Assembly: GCA_964655705.1 (NCBI GenBank) | Contig: CAZZPP010000002.1 | Coordinates: 32,231-96,230, forward strand | Direction: 5' to 3' | Origin: an uncultured Candidatus Saccharibacteria bacterium | GTDB taxonomy: Bacteria; Patescibacteriota; Dojkabacteria; SC72 | Length of the DNA stretch: 64,000 nucleotides | Shown here: piece after piece, positions 19,414 through 29,140 of the stretch | Layout: each line of letters starts with the position of its first letter | How positions within the stretch are numbered: position 1 is the stretch's first letter | Notes under the pieces: generated by a model | The model's database searches: none | What the model was told of the DNA's origin: nothing | What the model saw: the letters and a program-made list of their open reading frames with translations, nothing else | Translations under genes and position numbers: made by a program

Positions 19414-20832
19414 ATGAAGAAAACATATTTACTAAGTAGTATACCTAAGCTTCCTGATCAAGATACATATTTTCTAAGTCTTCAAAATGATGCTTACAGT
19501 TACCAAACCATAATTAGTTATGCAAGGGATTTGTCTATCTTTAGTGTATATTTACACTTTAATAATATCCAATTTAAAAATCTTTCTAAACAAGACGTTT
19601 TAAATTACAAAGGATACCTAAGTAGTGGGAATCATTTAAGAGATTTGGATAGAATAAGGGAGAAATGTGTAGAAAGTGGCTTTAAATCAATACAAACAGG
19701 AAGCGAGGCTCTTAGCGCCTCAACAAGGGCATCAAAAAAAACTAGTGGTATGATTGGACCTGTGGAGAATGGGGGAAAGGAAGAAAATAGCTTAAGTCGT
19801 TCTCCACAGGTATATGAGGAGGACTTCTTGTGTAAAGTCTATGGTAAGGTCTATGGTTCACTTGGTATATTGGAGAGGCCTCTTAATTCTAGAGCTAGAA
19901 GTAAAAATGGTTTGGATGCTAGAAGTATTAACCGGATGTTGTCTGCTTTAAGATCGTATCTTAAATTTAGAATTGAATTTGATTTGGATATTCCAATTCC
20001 TCCGGATAGTATAAAGATGGTAAGAACTGATAAAAAGGTTAAGAAAGTTGCATCTTTAGAGGAACTAGTTAGTCTAATTGAATCACCAATGGAGTTCGAA
20101 AAAGATGAGCGTGTAGCACTTCGTAATAGATGTATGCTAGAGATGTTGTTTGCTACTGGTATGAGAATATCGGAGTTGATTGGATTAAATATGGAGCAGT
20201 TAAATGTAGAGGGTAAGATATATGTAACTGGTAAGGGCAAAAAAGAAAGGGCAGTATATATGACTCAGAGATCTTTAGGATGGTTAAACAAATATTTAAA
20301 GTTGAGATTAGAGTACGCCTTTTCGGATAGAGAAAAAGAGGAGCAGCCAGGAAGTATTGAAAAGGTGTTCTCAGATTTAGGAGTTGAATCTCAAGCCATG
20401 AAACCTCGTGAAACATCTTCTGATGAGACAATCTCCAAGGGTTTGAATTTAGAAGTTTTTGATACAGAGAACAGGAAATATATTAAATTAATAGAAGAGT
20501 ATAGGAAGAGTAAGTTCCTAGAGAAATTCAACTCCCCTGCCCTATTCATACCTTTCGTTGGTATTAGGAGTAAAAAACCGAATTCTAGGATATCTACTAA
20601 CTATTTCCAAGAAAAAATTGCTGATTACAGAAAAAGATTAGGTATTCAAATTCCTACATCAGCGCATAGTTTAAGGCATGGTTTTGCAACATATATGGCA
20701 GAGGATGGTGCTAGTGCAGTAGCATTACAGATTCTTTTAGGTCATGAGAGTTTAAATACAACTACTAAGTATGTTCATGCTAGTGAGAAATTTGCAGAAG
20801 ATACGGTTAGAAAGAATCATCCCTTAAAATAG
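19414..20832 (+). CDS. Tyrosine recombinase/integrase (XerC/XerD-like) with large internal insertions
   Basis: N-terminal SAM-like core-binding domain. Catalytic R..HxxR..Y set (AHSLRHGFAT, LLGHESLNTTTKYVH). At 472 aa it is about 170 aa longer than canonical Xer. Confidence 0.65.
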   Translation: MKKTYLLSSIPKLPDQDTYFLSLQNDAYSYQTIISYARDLSIFSVYLHFNNIQFKNLSKQDVLNYKGYLSSGNHLRDLDRIREKCVESGFKSIQTGSEALSASTRASKKTSGMIGPVENGGKEENSLSRSPQVYEEDFLCKVYGKVYGSLGILERPLNSRARSKNGLDARSINRMLSALRSYLKFRIEFDLDIPIPPDSIKMVRTDKKVKKVASLEELVSLIESPMEFEKDERVALRNRCMLEMLFATGMRISELIGLNMEQLNVEGKIYVTGKGKKERAVYMTQRSLGWLNKYLKLRLEYAFSDREKEEQPGSIEKVFSDLGVESQAMKPRETSSDETISKGLNLEVFDTENRKYIKLIEEYRKSKFLEKFNSPALFIPFVGIRSKKPNSRISTNYFQEKIADYRKRLGIQIPTSAHSLRHGFATYMAEDGASAVALQILLGHESLNTTTKYVHASEKFAEDTVRKNHPLK

Positions 20833-20836
20833 GAGT

Positions 20837-21250
20837 CTATTCCTCAGATTGAGGAGTCATACTTTTGTAAATATCAGTTTCTTTTGCTCTTTCTAAAAGC
20901 TGTTGAGCATCAGGATCTCCTGCATTAGCTCTTTCTAATAGGGCTTTTGTATCTTGTACATTCTTTTCAAATGTATCTACTAAGTCTAGATACATATTAT
21001 TAATTTCAGTTGGTGCTTCATCTCCATATGTAGTAAATGCAATCTCTTTTATAATGGTTTCAAAATGTTCAGGAGATTTCGCCTCTTTTATTCTATTCTC
21101 AATTACTATCAATTCCTCATTACTTAGTTTTTCTGCTAAATCTTGGAACAGAAGGTCCAGAATCTGCTCAGAGAGAAGATTGTAAAAGTCTTCAGCTTCT
21201 TGTTGGGGTAGACCCACTTCGATTATTCTTTTGATTATCTCTTCTTTCAT
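20837..21250 (-). CDS. Hypothetical acidic cytoplasmic protein
   Basis: 137-aa ORF, helical and acidic, no motifs. Confidence 0.35.
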   Translation of the reverse strand: MKEEIIKRIIEVGLPQQEAEDFYNLLSEQILDLLFQDLAEKLSNEELIVIENRIKEAKSPEHFETIIKEIAFTTYGDEAPTEINNMYLDLVDTFEKNVQDTKALLERANAGDPDAQQLLERAKETDIYKSMTPQSEE

Positions 21251-21272
21251 TTACTCTAAATATTAATATTAA

Positions 21273-23423
21273 CTATTTTTGTAGCATCTCTGCTGCTTTC
21301 TGTGCAGCCTGTGCTGGATTCATATTCCCATACGCTGCTCTTAGAAATTCATTTACAATATTCCCACTACTTTGTCCCATCAGTTTTTCCTTTGGAACTA
21401 ATTTTGCAAGTTCTCTAAAGAAGTCACCTTGTAACTCTCCACTTCCTCCTCCCGCATTAGTTAAATATACTTTGTCTCCAAGCCATCCCATATCATTGAA
21501 ATTCCATCCGAAATCAGATGCATTAAATGTTTCTTCAGGAATCCAATTCTCGATTGAAGGTTGATTTAATGTTGCTTCTAGACCTTGATTAAGGTTAACT
21601 TCTGGATTTGGGGTTACATCAGAAATGGGTTGTGTTGTTTCTGCACTTGCTTGAGAAAGAGTAGCTTCAGGACCAATTGGGACATTAGGAACTGGTTTGT
21701 TCATCCCAATATATATATCCTTTCCAATTATCCCTTCAAACAGAGTCCCTATACCATATCCTGTTGATCCTCCTATAAAAATGGCTCCTACTTCACCAAA
21801 CCTGTTTGCCCACCATTGAGTTCGTTTCTGTTTTTGGTCCATTTCAAATAGTTCGGCAGCTGTTTTCCCAGTTCTAGGTTCATATTTCATTGAGTTAGAT
21901 TTTGCTCTCATTTTGTCTCCTAGGGATTGGAATACATGTTTGCCTACGATTCTACCACCCAATGTAATAGCTACCGCTGCTGCTGCTGTTACTGCTGGTG
22001 TAGCCACTGCAACTCCAATGCCTGCTAATACTGCAACTCCTGTGATGTATTTCTCCTTCGTTTTCCTTTTTCTTTCACTTTCCTGAGTAGCAGTCTGTAT
22101 CTGTTTATCTATCGTTTCTTTTTGTTTTAATATATCAAAATATCTGATCTTTTGAGCATCGGTAAGGCCTCCAGAAGTAAGTTTCGATTCGAGAGCAACT
22201 AATTCGTTATTCAATGCAAGGGATCTTTGCTCAGGAGTATTTTCTCCAGAGAGTTCCCTTACCCTTTCTTGAAGATCTCGAATTGCTTCTGCATCACTTG
22301 ATACAGGATTTGGCATTGGAGTAGATTCAGGGGTAGAAGTTGTAGTACTTGTTGATTGTCCACTATTATTTTCAGGAATAGATACTGACTCTACATCAAT
22401 GATTACTGGTTCTTGTGGTTGAACAGGTTCGTGGGTCTGTTCTGGTTGTGGAGTTAATATTTCATCAGGTTGAATGGGTTGTTCAGGTTGTTGTGTTGTA
22501 GACTCATTGGTTGTGAAATCAGAAGGTATGGGTTGGTCTACAGTAAAGTTAGTGGGTTCGGTGTCATGTTCCTCTTGAGTCGCTTCTGTTTCAGGTTCAG
22601 GAGGTTGTTCTACTGTAGAATCAGTAATATCTTGAGATTGTTCAGGTTGTGGTTGTGTTACTGACTCAGAGGAAGTTTTTTGGTTCTCCTGATCCTTATT
22701 TACTAGTTGTTGGAAAAAACCGATTTCTATCTTATTTCGCTCATTCATGAGGGTACTTAACTCAATCAATTGTTCTTCAGGGGATTTATTAGGATCTCTC
22801 TCTTCTAAATATTTTTGTATCCGAATATTTAAATTGACAAGTTCCGCCTTCTCCATTTCTTTTCTTGCACTCTCTATTTGATTTTGGGTAAAGTGTAAAC
22901 GAGCACCAGGTTGTTGACTACCAGTAAATTTCATATTTTCATCTCTAAAAGTAGCTCTGTCAGAGCCATGAGTGGCGTCATATATGACTTGTGCTCTAGT
23001 TTCTTCCATCTTTTGTTGTTCTGGAGTAAGAGATTCAATCTTTTCATCCTTATGTGTAGCTACGACAATACTTTCAGTTCTCTGTTCATTTGCTAATTTC
23101 TCGTAAATGGATCCCTCTAAAGGATTAAGTGTCTCATCATATTCACTTAAATCAATATCATTAGTAGTTGGCTCTTGGGGGGTTACCTTACCAGTAAGAG
23201 TATCCTTAACATCACCTTGAGAATTGATAATTAGGTCGTTATTTGAATTTGGTATTTCCCCACTAGAGACATCCTTAACATGACCTTGGGAGTTGATAAT
23301 TAGGTCGTTATTTGAATTTTGTATTTCGCCATTAGAAACATCCTTAACATCACCTTGAGAATTAATAGTAATGTTGTTATTGTTGTCATCTTGAACAATT
23401 TCACCGAATTCGTTAAAAGACAT
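21273..23423 (-). CDS. Repeat-containing membrane-anchored protein (N-terminal 23-aa tandem repeats, Pro/Gln/Thr-rich linker, central TM, C-terminal domain)
   Basis: Three copies of INSQGDVKDVS.GEI.NSNNDLI at the N-terminus. PEQ-rich low-complexity linker. TM helix YITGVAVLAGIGVAVATPAVTAAAAVAITLGG. No N-terminal signal peptide. Confidence 0.5.
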   Translation of the reverse strand: MSFNEFGEIVQDDNNNNITINSQGDVKDVSNGEIQNSNNDLIINSQGHVKDVSSGEIPNSNNDLIINSQGDVKDTLTGKVTPQEPTTNDIDLSEYDETLNPLEGSIYEKLANEQRTESIVVATHKDEKIESLTPEQQKMEETRAQVIYDATHGSDRATFRDENMKFTGSQQPGARLHFTQNQIESARKEMEKAELVNLNIRIQKYLEERDPNKSPEEQLIELSTLMNERNKIEIGFFQQLVNKDQENQKTSSESVTQPQPEQSQDITDSTVEQPPEPETEATQEEHDTEPTNFTVDQPIPSDFTTNESTTQQPEQPIQPDEILTPQPEQTHEPVQPQEPVIIDVESVSIPENNSGQSTSTTTSTPESTPMPNPVSSDAEAIRDLQERVRELSGENTPEQRSLALNNELVALESKLTSGGLTDAQKIRYFDILKQKETIDKQIQTATQESERKRKTKEKYITGVAVLAGIGVAVATPAVTAAAAVAITLGGRIVGKHVFQSLGDKMRAKSNSMKYEPRTGKTAAELFEMDQKQKRTQWWANRFGEVGAIFIGGSTGYGIGTLFEGIIGKDIYIGMNKPVPNVPIGPEATLSQASAETTQPISDVTPNPEVNLNQGLEATLNQPSIENWIPEETFNASDFGWNFNDMGWLGDKVYLTNAGGGSGELQGDFFRELAKLVPKEKLMGQSSGNIVNEFLRAAYGNMNPAQAAQKAAEMLQK
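23203..23400. repeat. 69-bp tandem repeat (about 2.8 copies) inside the 716-aa gene
   Basis: atccttaacatcaccttgagaattgataattaggtcgttatttgaatttggtatttccccactagagac is repeated with about 90% identity. It encodes the 23-aa protein repeats. Confidence 0.8.
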
Positions 23424-23576
23424 TGTTTTAGGTACTAATATTATATCTTCCTAATGCCTATTCTTGGGAAATTATGATAGGCAGATTACTATTAAAAGGA
23501 TAATATTTTATACAATTAAAGTCAAGGAAAATTTTGGGATAGAAATATATATTTTTTTGATATACTATGTATTAAT

Positions 23577-26500
23577 ATGAAATTAAGAAAGAGTAAGAGA
23601 GTAAAGTTTGAACAAATATCAAAGTTCCTTGAAAGAAGATTCCCTGAAATACTCTTAATATTACTCTTACTATTAATATGTATACTCTCTATTCAACCAG
23701 GTAAATATCTATTATCTAATGATAACTACTCTCCTGAACTTAACCCTACCCTATCAGTATCAAGATACTTAGAATCTCCAGCATGGAGAGGGTACAGGGT
23801 ACTGGGTTTTGCATCTGAGAGTGAACAGGCAGATGTGTTTAGATCTTTGTTCTATGTAGTTTTCAACTTATTTCTTCCTTCTTGGTTAATTAGCCAACTC
23901 TTTTATTTTGTTTCATTAGTCGTTGGCTCAATATGTATAGCGACATTACTTAGAGCCTTAGTTAAGAAGAGTAAATTAAAGAGATATTCAAACTGGGGTT
24001 ATCTATTAGGTGGTATTACATATTTTACTACACTTTGGAGTATGTGGCTCTTTTACCAGAACATGGCTCCATATATTGTTAATTTCGGATTTCTCCCACT
24101 ACTCTTGCTTTTTGTATATCGGTACTCTCGACAGGATAATGCAAAATATTTAATACTAATTTTGCTTTCCTGCATACTCTTAACTCCGACTTTTGTCATT
24201 GCGACCCTTTTCATTATTGATTTCATATTTATTTTCTCTTTTACAATATTTGTTAATTTTACATCTCGATATGGGAGAAGAAGAGAGATGAAAAACATAT
24301 TAATTACAATTGTGATTTTCTTGTTAACCCAATTATTCTGGATACTTCCTTTTATTCATTATACTTTTACAAATAGCTCGGACATTATCAATTCATATAC
24401 CAACAGGAGTATTACTTCTAATGTAATTGATTTGGAGAGTGATTCTCAGACCTTAATTAATTCAGCTAGGTTTTACAACAGGTCTCTTTTTGAGAAAGAC
24501 GGAGAGAGAGATCTCTTTGTTATGTCTGATTTGTATCTTACATATGATTTTTACAAGGTATTAGGTCTTTTTCCTGCTATATTTTCAATTATTGCTTTGA
24601 TATTTGGGTTAACTAAAAAGAACTTTAAATTACTCTTTTGGGGTGTAATTGGTCTTGTATCCCTTTTTTTAATTAAAGTACACAATCCCCCCTTTGGAGA
24701 AGTATTTAGATGGTTACAAGAGAGTGTTCCTCTCTTTAAGCAGGTTTTTAGATGGCCATTTTCTAAATTAGGACAAATATATCTAATCTGTATTACAGTT
24801 CTTTCTACTTTTGGGTATATATATTTAACAAGATTCTTTGCTTCATTCATAGAGAAGAAATTCTTGAAGAGAACCTTTATACTGGTTAGTTTTGTATCAA
24901 TGTGTATTATGCAATTAATATATTCTGAGTATATGTTTAGAGGAGATACCTTTGCAGACAGGGCAATGGTTGATGTCCCGAAGAGATATTTTGAATTGAA
25001 TGAATATCTCAAAGAAAATGACCCTACAGGTAGGATATATTACGCTCCTCCATCGAATAATAATTACTTTAGAGAGTATGAATGGGGATTTTGGGGTTCC
25101 CAATTCATCTCATATATTCTTCCAAACCCTGTAATGGATATTTCTTCTGCAGTAGGATCAGATGTCGGCGAGGATGCTATGCTTAGGATATCTAATGTAG
25201 TTCGTTCAGAAAAGAAGGACGAGTTCCTTTCATTAATGAATAGATATGATGTTAGGTACGTTCTTTTTGATGGGAGTATTGATATGGAGGGATATGCTTT
25301 TGAATTAGAGGAAGAGAAGGTAAAGGAATTGTTTGCAGATTTGGAGGTTGTTTGGTCAAAAGAGGATTTAGTGCTTTACAAAATTCCACTTACTCAAGAG
25401 GCTAAATATTCTGAATCATTATCAGAAATGGATTCTAAAGAGGTTTTTGTTAAAGATATCCCAAGATACCCTACCCTCTCTCCTTTGGATATGCAGTTAG
25501 ACAATGTAAGAATTTCGGATGGTGAAATAGTGGGAGATTTCGAGTATAGAGGGTTTAGTACATATATGTATTCAAACTTACTACCTGAATCATTAAATAG
25601 TTTACCCTCAAGGGTAATCTATTCTAATGGTAATATATTTGTCTATCCATCCTACCCGTATGTTAAGGGTGATATTTCAGTAAAACCATTTAAGCAGTAC
25701 GATGGTAGTTATGAGTATTTCTCTTTAGGCCAAAGAGTAGTAAGAAAGGATGAACTAAAAGGGGGCATTACGGTTCAAGAGGAGTTTAATGCCAAGAATT
25801 CAGTATATGGTTTTTCTGAGAGGGACTTTGTATCTGTAGATATGAATCCCCTTCTGTTTCTTACTAAAGGGAGTGATTGCTCGGGAGGAAATGTAATTGA
25901 AAACACTTTTGTTGAACCACAGGAAGTGTCCTCAGGATTCAATTTAAGAGGTAGTTCTGATTCTCCTTGTGTATATACTGGAATCCCCATAGATACGTCT
26001 AGAGGAGGAATTTTGGAAATTAGGATAAATTGGGAAGCAGATATGGGTAACTTCCCCGGGTTCTGTATATTTTCAAATACGCAGAACAAATGTCTCAACA
26101 AGGAGAAATTTCTCTCTTCTCAAAGTCCGTATGGAGATGTAGAGTACCTTTTAGATACACTTTTACAACCAGATGAGAGAGTGTCTCTCATATTGTATGC
26201 TTCAAACAAATCAAATGACAGTATATCAGAGGTATTGTTTAGGAGTGTAAATATTAAATTTGCCCCTCTTAAGACACCATTACAGTTAGTGTCCTCTTCA
26301 GATATATGGGAACCAAAGGATATTTTTCTAGATGATGGGAATATATATACAGTACATATCCCAATTGTCCTTGGTAATGCGGGATATCTCTACCAAGGAT
26401 TGGATTCACAATATTTAATATGGCAGCCAAACAGATCGGATTCTCAAAGTGAGATTTTTGATGTTTATGCTAATGATGGTCAATATCAAATAGTTCAAGA

Positions 26501-27194
26501 TGATTACATTAATCAAACAGCCAATCTTTTCATTACTAACCCTAATTCTAAGTATCTAGTGTATTGGAAAGGAGTGAATATATCCAATATTCCTTCCTCC
26601 ATATGCCTAATCTATGACAAAGAAGAGAAATGTTGGTTTAGTGATATGTTACTTAGTGATACTACCTCCTCGTACCTTAATGTCATAAATGTCAAAAATA
26701 CAGAGAGACTCTTAAATGTAATATATTCTAGTAATAGCCATAAACTAATAAGCCAGAATGTATTGAAAGAATTTCTACTAATGCAATTCCCATCCTCCTG
26801 GAAAAATCTAGAGTATATCCAAGAAACAGATAGTGAGTTTGAACAAAAAGAGATGAAGTCAGTTTTTAACTCCTTTAATTCAACATATTACAAAATACAA
26901 AGGGAGGATTTAGCAGATACAGACAATGTCATAATCTCAATACCCCAAGCTTCTAGTACAGGATGGGTAGCAATTGCTAGAAATGGTTTCTGGTTGTCTA
27001 CTTTAGGAAATGATACTCGTGTAAGTATAAAGGGGTGGAAGCAAGGCTGGGATATATCAAATGTTGAGTTTGATTCAATTTCTGTCCTCTATTGGCCTAA
27101 TCTACTCTCATACCTTGGATATATTTTAATATTATTAACAGGTACATACTTATCAATTAAGTTCATACAGGAAAGAAAAAATGGAAAAAAGTAA
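23577..27194 (+). CDS. Large polytopic membrane protein with about 800-aa extracytoplasmic C-terminal domain; candidate glycosyltransferase, function unknown
   Basis: About 12-14 TM helices in the first 450 aa, then a long soluble domain and a C-terminal TM. Overlaps the start of a GT2 gene. No diagnostic motif recognised. Confidence 0.35.
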   Translation: MKLRKSKRVKFEQISKFLERRFPEILLILLLLLICILSIQPGKYLLSNDNYSPELNPTLSVSRYLESPAWRGYRVLGFASESEQADVFRSLFYVVFNLFLPSWLISQLFYFVSLVVGSICIATLLRALVKKSKLKRYSNWGYLLGGITYFTTLWSMWLFYQNMAPYIVNFGFLPLLLLFVYRYSRQDNAKYLILILLSCILLTPTFVIATLFIIDFIFIFSFTIFVNFTSRYGRRREMKNILITIVIFLLTQLFWILPFIHYTFTNSSDIINSYTNRSITSNVIDLESDSQTLINSARFYNRSLFEKDGERDLFVMSDLYLTYDFYKVLGLFPAIFSIIALIFGLTKKNFKLLFWGVIGLVSLFLIKVHNPPFGEVFRWLQESVPLFKQVFRWPFSKLGQIYLICITVLSTFGYIYLTRFFASFIEKKFLKRTFILVSFVSMCIMQLIYSEYMFRGDTFADRAMVDVPKRYFELNEYLKENDPTGRIYYAPPSNNNYFREYEWGFWGSQFISYILPNPVMDISSAVGSDVGEDAMLRISNVVRSEKKDEFLSLMNRYDVRYVLFDGSIDMEGYAFELEEEKVKELFADLEVVWSKEDLVLYKIPLTQEAKYSESLSEMDSKEVFVKDIPRYPTLSPLDMQLDNVRISDGEIVGDFEYRGFSTYMYSNLLPESLNSLPSRVIYSNGNIFVYPSYPYVKGDISVKPFKQYDGSYEYFSLGQRVVRKDELKGGITVQEEFNAKNSVYGFSERDFVSVDMNPLLFLTKGSDCSGGNVIENTFVEPQEVSSGFNLRGSSDSPCVYTGIPIDTSRGGILEIRINWEADMGNFPGFCIFSNTQNKCLNKEKFLSSQSPYGDVEYLLDTLLQPDERVSLILYASNKSNDSISEVLFRSVNIKFAPLKTPLQLVSSSDIWEPKDIFLDDGNIYTVHIPIVLGNAGYLYQGLDSQYLIWQPNRSDSQSEIFDVYANDGQYQIVQDDYINQTANLFITNPNSKYLVYWKGVNISNIPSSICLIYDKEEKCWFSDMLLSDTTSSYLNVINVKNTERLLNVIYSSNSHKLISQNVLKEFLLMQFPSSWKNLEYIQETDSEFEQKEMKSVFNSFNSTYYKIQREDLADTDNVIISIPQASSTGWVAIARNGFWLSTLGNDTRVSIKGWKQGWDISNVEFDSISVLYWPNLLSYLGYILILLTGTYLSIKFIQERKNGKK

Positions 27195-28008
27195 TCCTTT
27201 GGTATCAATAGTTATACCTGTACATAATGGAGAAAAATATATTAATGAAAGTATAGATAGTTGTTTAGATCAGACATACAAGAATATTGAGATTATTGTT
27301 GTAGATGATAAGTCAGAGGACAGGACTTTAGAGATATTAAAGGGGTACAAGGATAGAATTAAGGTAATACCTGTTGAAAAACAGAATGGTTTAGGTAATG
27401 TAATAAATATTGGGATAAGAAACTCTAAGGGCAAATACATAGCTAGAATGGATGCAGATGATGTTATGTATCCTACTCGTATAGAGAAACAGATAGAGTA
27501 TTTAGAGTCTAATCCTAATTGTGTAGCTATTGGTGGTCAGATAGATATTATTGATGAGATTAGTAAAGTAACTGGTCATAGAGAGTACGCTATTGAGGAT
27601 AGAGATATTAAAAAGAATAGATTTCTTTTTCAACCTTTTGCACATCCAGCAGTAACTTTAAGAAAAAGTACTGTAGAAGATATTGGTTTGTATCCTGAGA
27701 ATATGTGGAAGGTTGAGGATGTTAAATTTTTCTTAATTCTAAGTACTAAGGGGGAGTATCATAATCTTGAGGATACTGTACTTAAGTATAGGATGACTTT
27801 TAAAACAGAGAGTCAATCTAAGATGTTAGATCATTTTAAAAAAACTAATGAGATACGCAAATGGGCTATTAAGGAGTTAAATATTAAACCTACTGTTAGA
27901 GAGTATGTAATATGGAATATGCAAAAGATAGGTGTTAGGGTTTTAAGTATTCTTCCTTCTACTCTTTTTATGAAGTCATTTGAATTGTTTAGAAAACTGT
28001 TTAAGTAA
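27181..28008 (+). CDS. Family 2 glycosyltransferase
   Basis: VSIVIPVHNGEKYINESIDSCLDQTYKNIEIIVVDDKSEDRT (GT-A DxD region, DAD later). Confidence 0.8.
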   Translation: MEKSNPLVSIVIPVHNGEKYINESIDSCLDQTYKNIEIIVVDDKSEDRTLEILKGYKDRIKVIPVEKQNGLGNVINIGIRNSKGKYIARMDADDVMYPTRIEKQIEYLESNPNCVAIGGQIDIIDEISKVTGHREYAIEDRDIKKNRFLFQPFAHPAVTLRKSTVEDIGLYPENMWKVEDVKFFLILSTKGEYHNLEDTVLKYRMTFKTESQSKMLDHFKKTNEIRKWAIKELNIKPTVREYVIWNMQKIGVRVLSILPSTLFMKSFELFRKLFK

Positions 28009-28035
28009 AAAAAGAGGACATCCTAAGATGTCCTC

Positions 28036-28222
28036 AATGTAATATTTTTTGTCTTTTCGTCTTTAATATTTTTCAATATTTTTAGACTCATCAGTAGGAT
28101 ATATATTTTTAATAAATATTTAATCCTAGAAGACTCTAGCGTGTGATGATTGTTTTTTGGGGTTTTTTAATGATCGAAGTCAGAAAAAAGGATTATCCCA
28201 GAAAACGGCTAGAGTTTATTTT
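28036..28222. repeat. Noncoding repeat X (copy 1 of 2)
   Basis: About 187 bp, about 90% identical to 28490-28676. Contains the ctagaagactctag palindrome and a tttttggggtttttt tract. Confidence 0.8.
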
Positions 28223-28265
28223 GTTTTAGGAAGTAATTATTCCTAATTTCTTTTATTTTCATTTC

Positions 28266-28477
28266 TTCCTCCTTTTAAAAGGAACATAATTTTTATTTTC
28301 AGCAATACCACTTGGTATGCATTCTATCTCCAATAAATATATTAGAAACATAATGCATACTATTTGGATGCTTAAAAGAAGAAAAATACTTTAGTATTTC
28401 ATCACACACTATTTTGTTTTAAATATATAAGACATAAGTCTATATAATATACTTAAAAACTTTTAAAAGAACTTGCT
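28266..28477. repeat. Noncoding repeat Y (copy 1 of 2), with RBS and a collapsed 17-codon ORF remnant on the minus strand
   Basis: About 210 bp, about 90% identical to 29141-29349. Contains the GTATGCAT-N29-ATGCATAC inverted repeat. The minus strand reads aaaaggaggaagaaATGAAAATAAAAGAAATT...TAG. Confidence 0.8.
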
Positions 28478-28489
28478 AGAATAAAAATT

Positions 28490-28676
28490 CAATGTAATAT
28501 TTTTGTCTTTTCGTCCTTAATATTTTTCAATATCTTTAGACTCATCAGTAGGATATATATTTATTAGATATTAATCCTAGAAGACTCTAGCGTGTGATGA
28601 TTGGTTTTTGGGGTTTTTTAACAACAATTAAGTGTTAAAAAGATAATCCCAGCAACCGGCTAGAGTCGATTTGAAA
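28490..28676. repeat. Noncoding repeat X' (copy 2), immediately 3' of the Cys-rich lipoprotein gene
   Basis: Direct repeat of 28036-28222. Ends exactly at the stop codon of the minus-strand gene. Confidence 0.8.
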
Positions 28677-29138
28677 TTACTTGTAAACAGGCTTGTAGCC
28701 GGGGTCCGTGGTGAAAGGCTGTGCAGCAATGCATTCAAGAAATCGAGCTTCTTGATATTGGTACACATATGCACCTGCTGTATACTCCATAGGAGTCCCT
28801 TTTACAACATAGACATCGCCGGGATTTAATCCTTTTGGATCATAGACATAGTTGATTGTACAAAAAGTACAACTACCATCTTCCTTTACAGGAATCCCTA
28901 CGATTTCAGCCTGACACCAGCCAGTATTAACTTCTCCTGGAGCTGGTTCAACTGTGGTTACAGTTTGTTCACATGTAGGACACTCTTGGCATGGAGCAAT
29001 TTGGCATCCATCTGAAGCCATCAATCCTCCAATGTCGTAGCAAGCTGCGACATAGTCCTCTGAGAAATCCTTCTTCGCCAAGCAACATGCGCTTAAGCAA
29101 AGGGCCAATACGACAAACAAAACGACAATCTTATTCAT
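28677..29138 (-). CDS. Small cysteine-rich secreted lipoprotein
   Basis: Start at MNKIVVLFVVLALCLSAC (lipobox LSAC), preceded by AAAGGAGG. The mature part has about 12 Cys (CYDIGG, DGCQIAPCQECPTCEQ, WCQAEI, SCTFCT, ECIA). Confidence 0.6.
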   Translation of the reverse strand: MNKIVVLFVVLALCLSACCLAKKDFSEDYVAACYDIGGLMASDGCQIAPCQECPTCEQTVTTVEPAPGEVNTGWCQAEIVGIPVKEDGSCTFCTINYVYDPKGLNPGDVYVVKGTPMEYTAGAYVYQYQEARFLECIAAQPFTTDPGYKPVYK

Positions 29139-29140
29139 TT

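Noticed and set aside
28125-28190. Possible intrinsic terminator for the GT2 gene (ctagaagactctag ... ttttttggggtttttt).
   Set aside because: The stem is only 5 bp and the T-runs are interrupted by GGGG. It lies about 120 bp from the stop. The structure is weak and better treated as part of repeat X.
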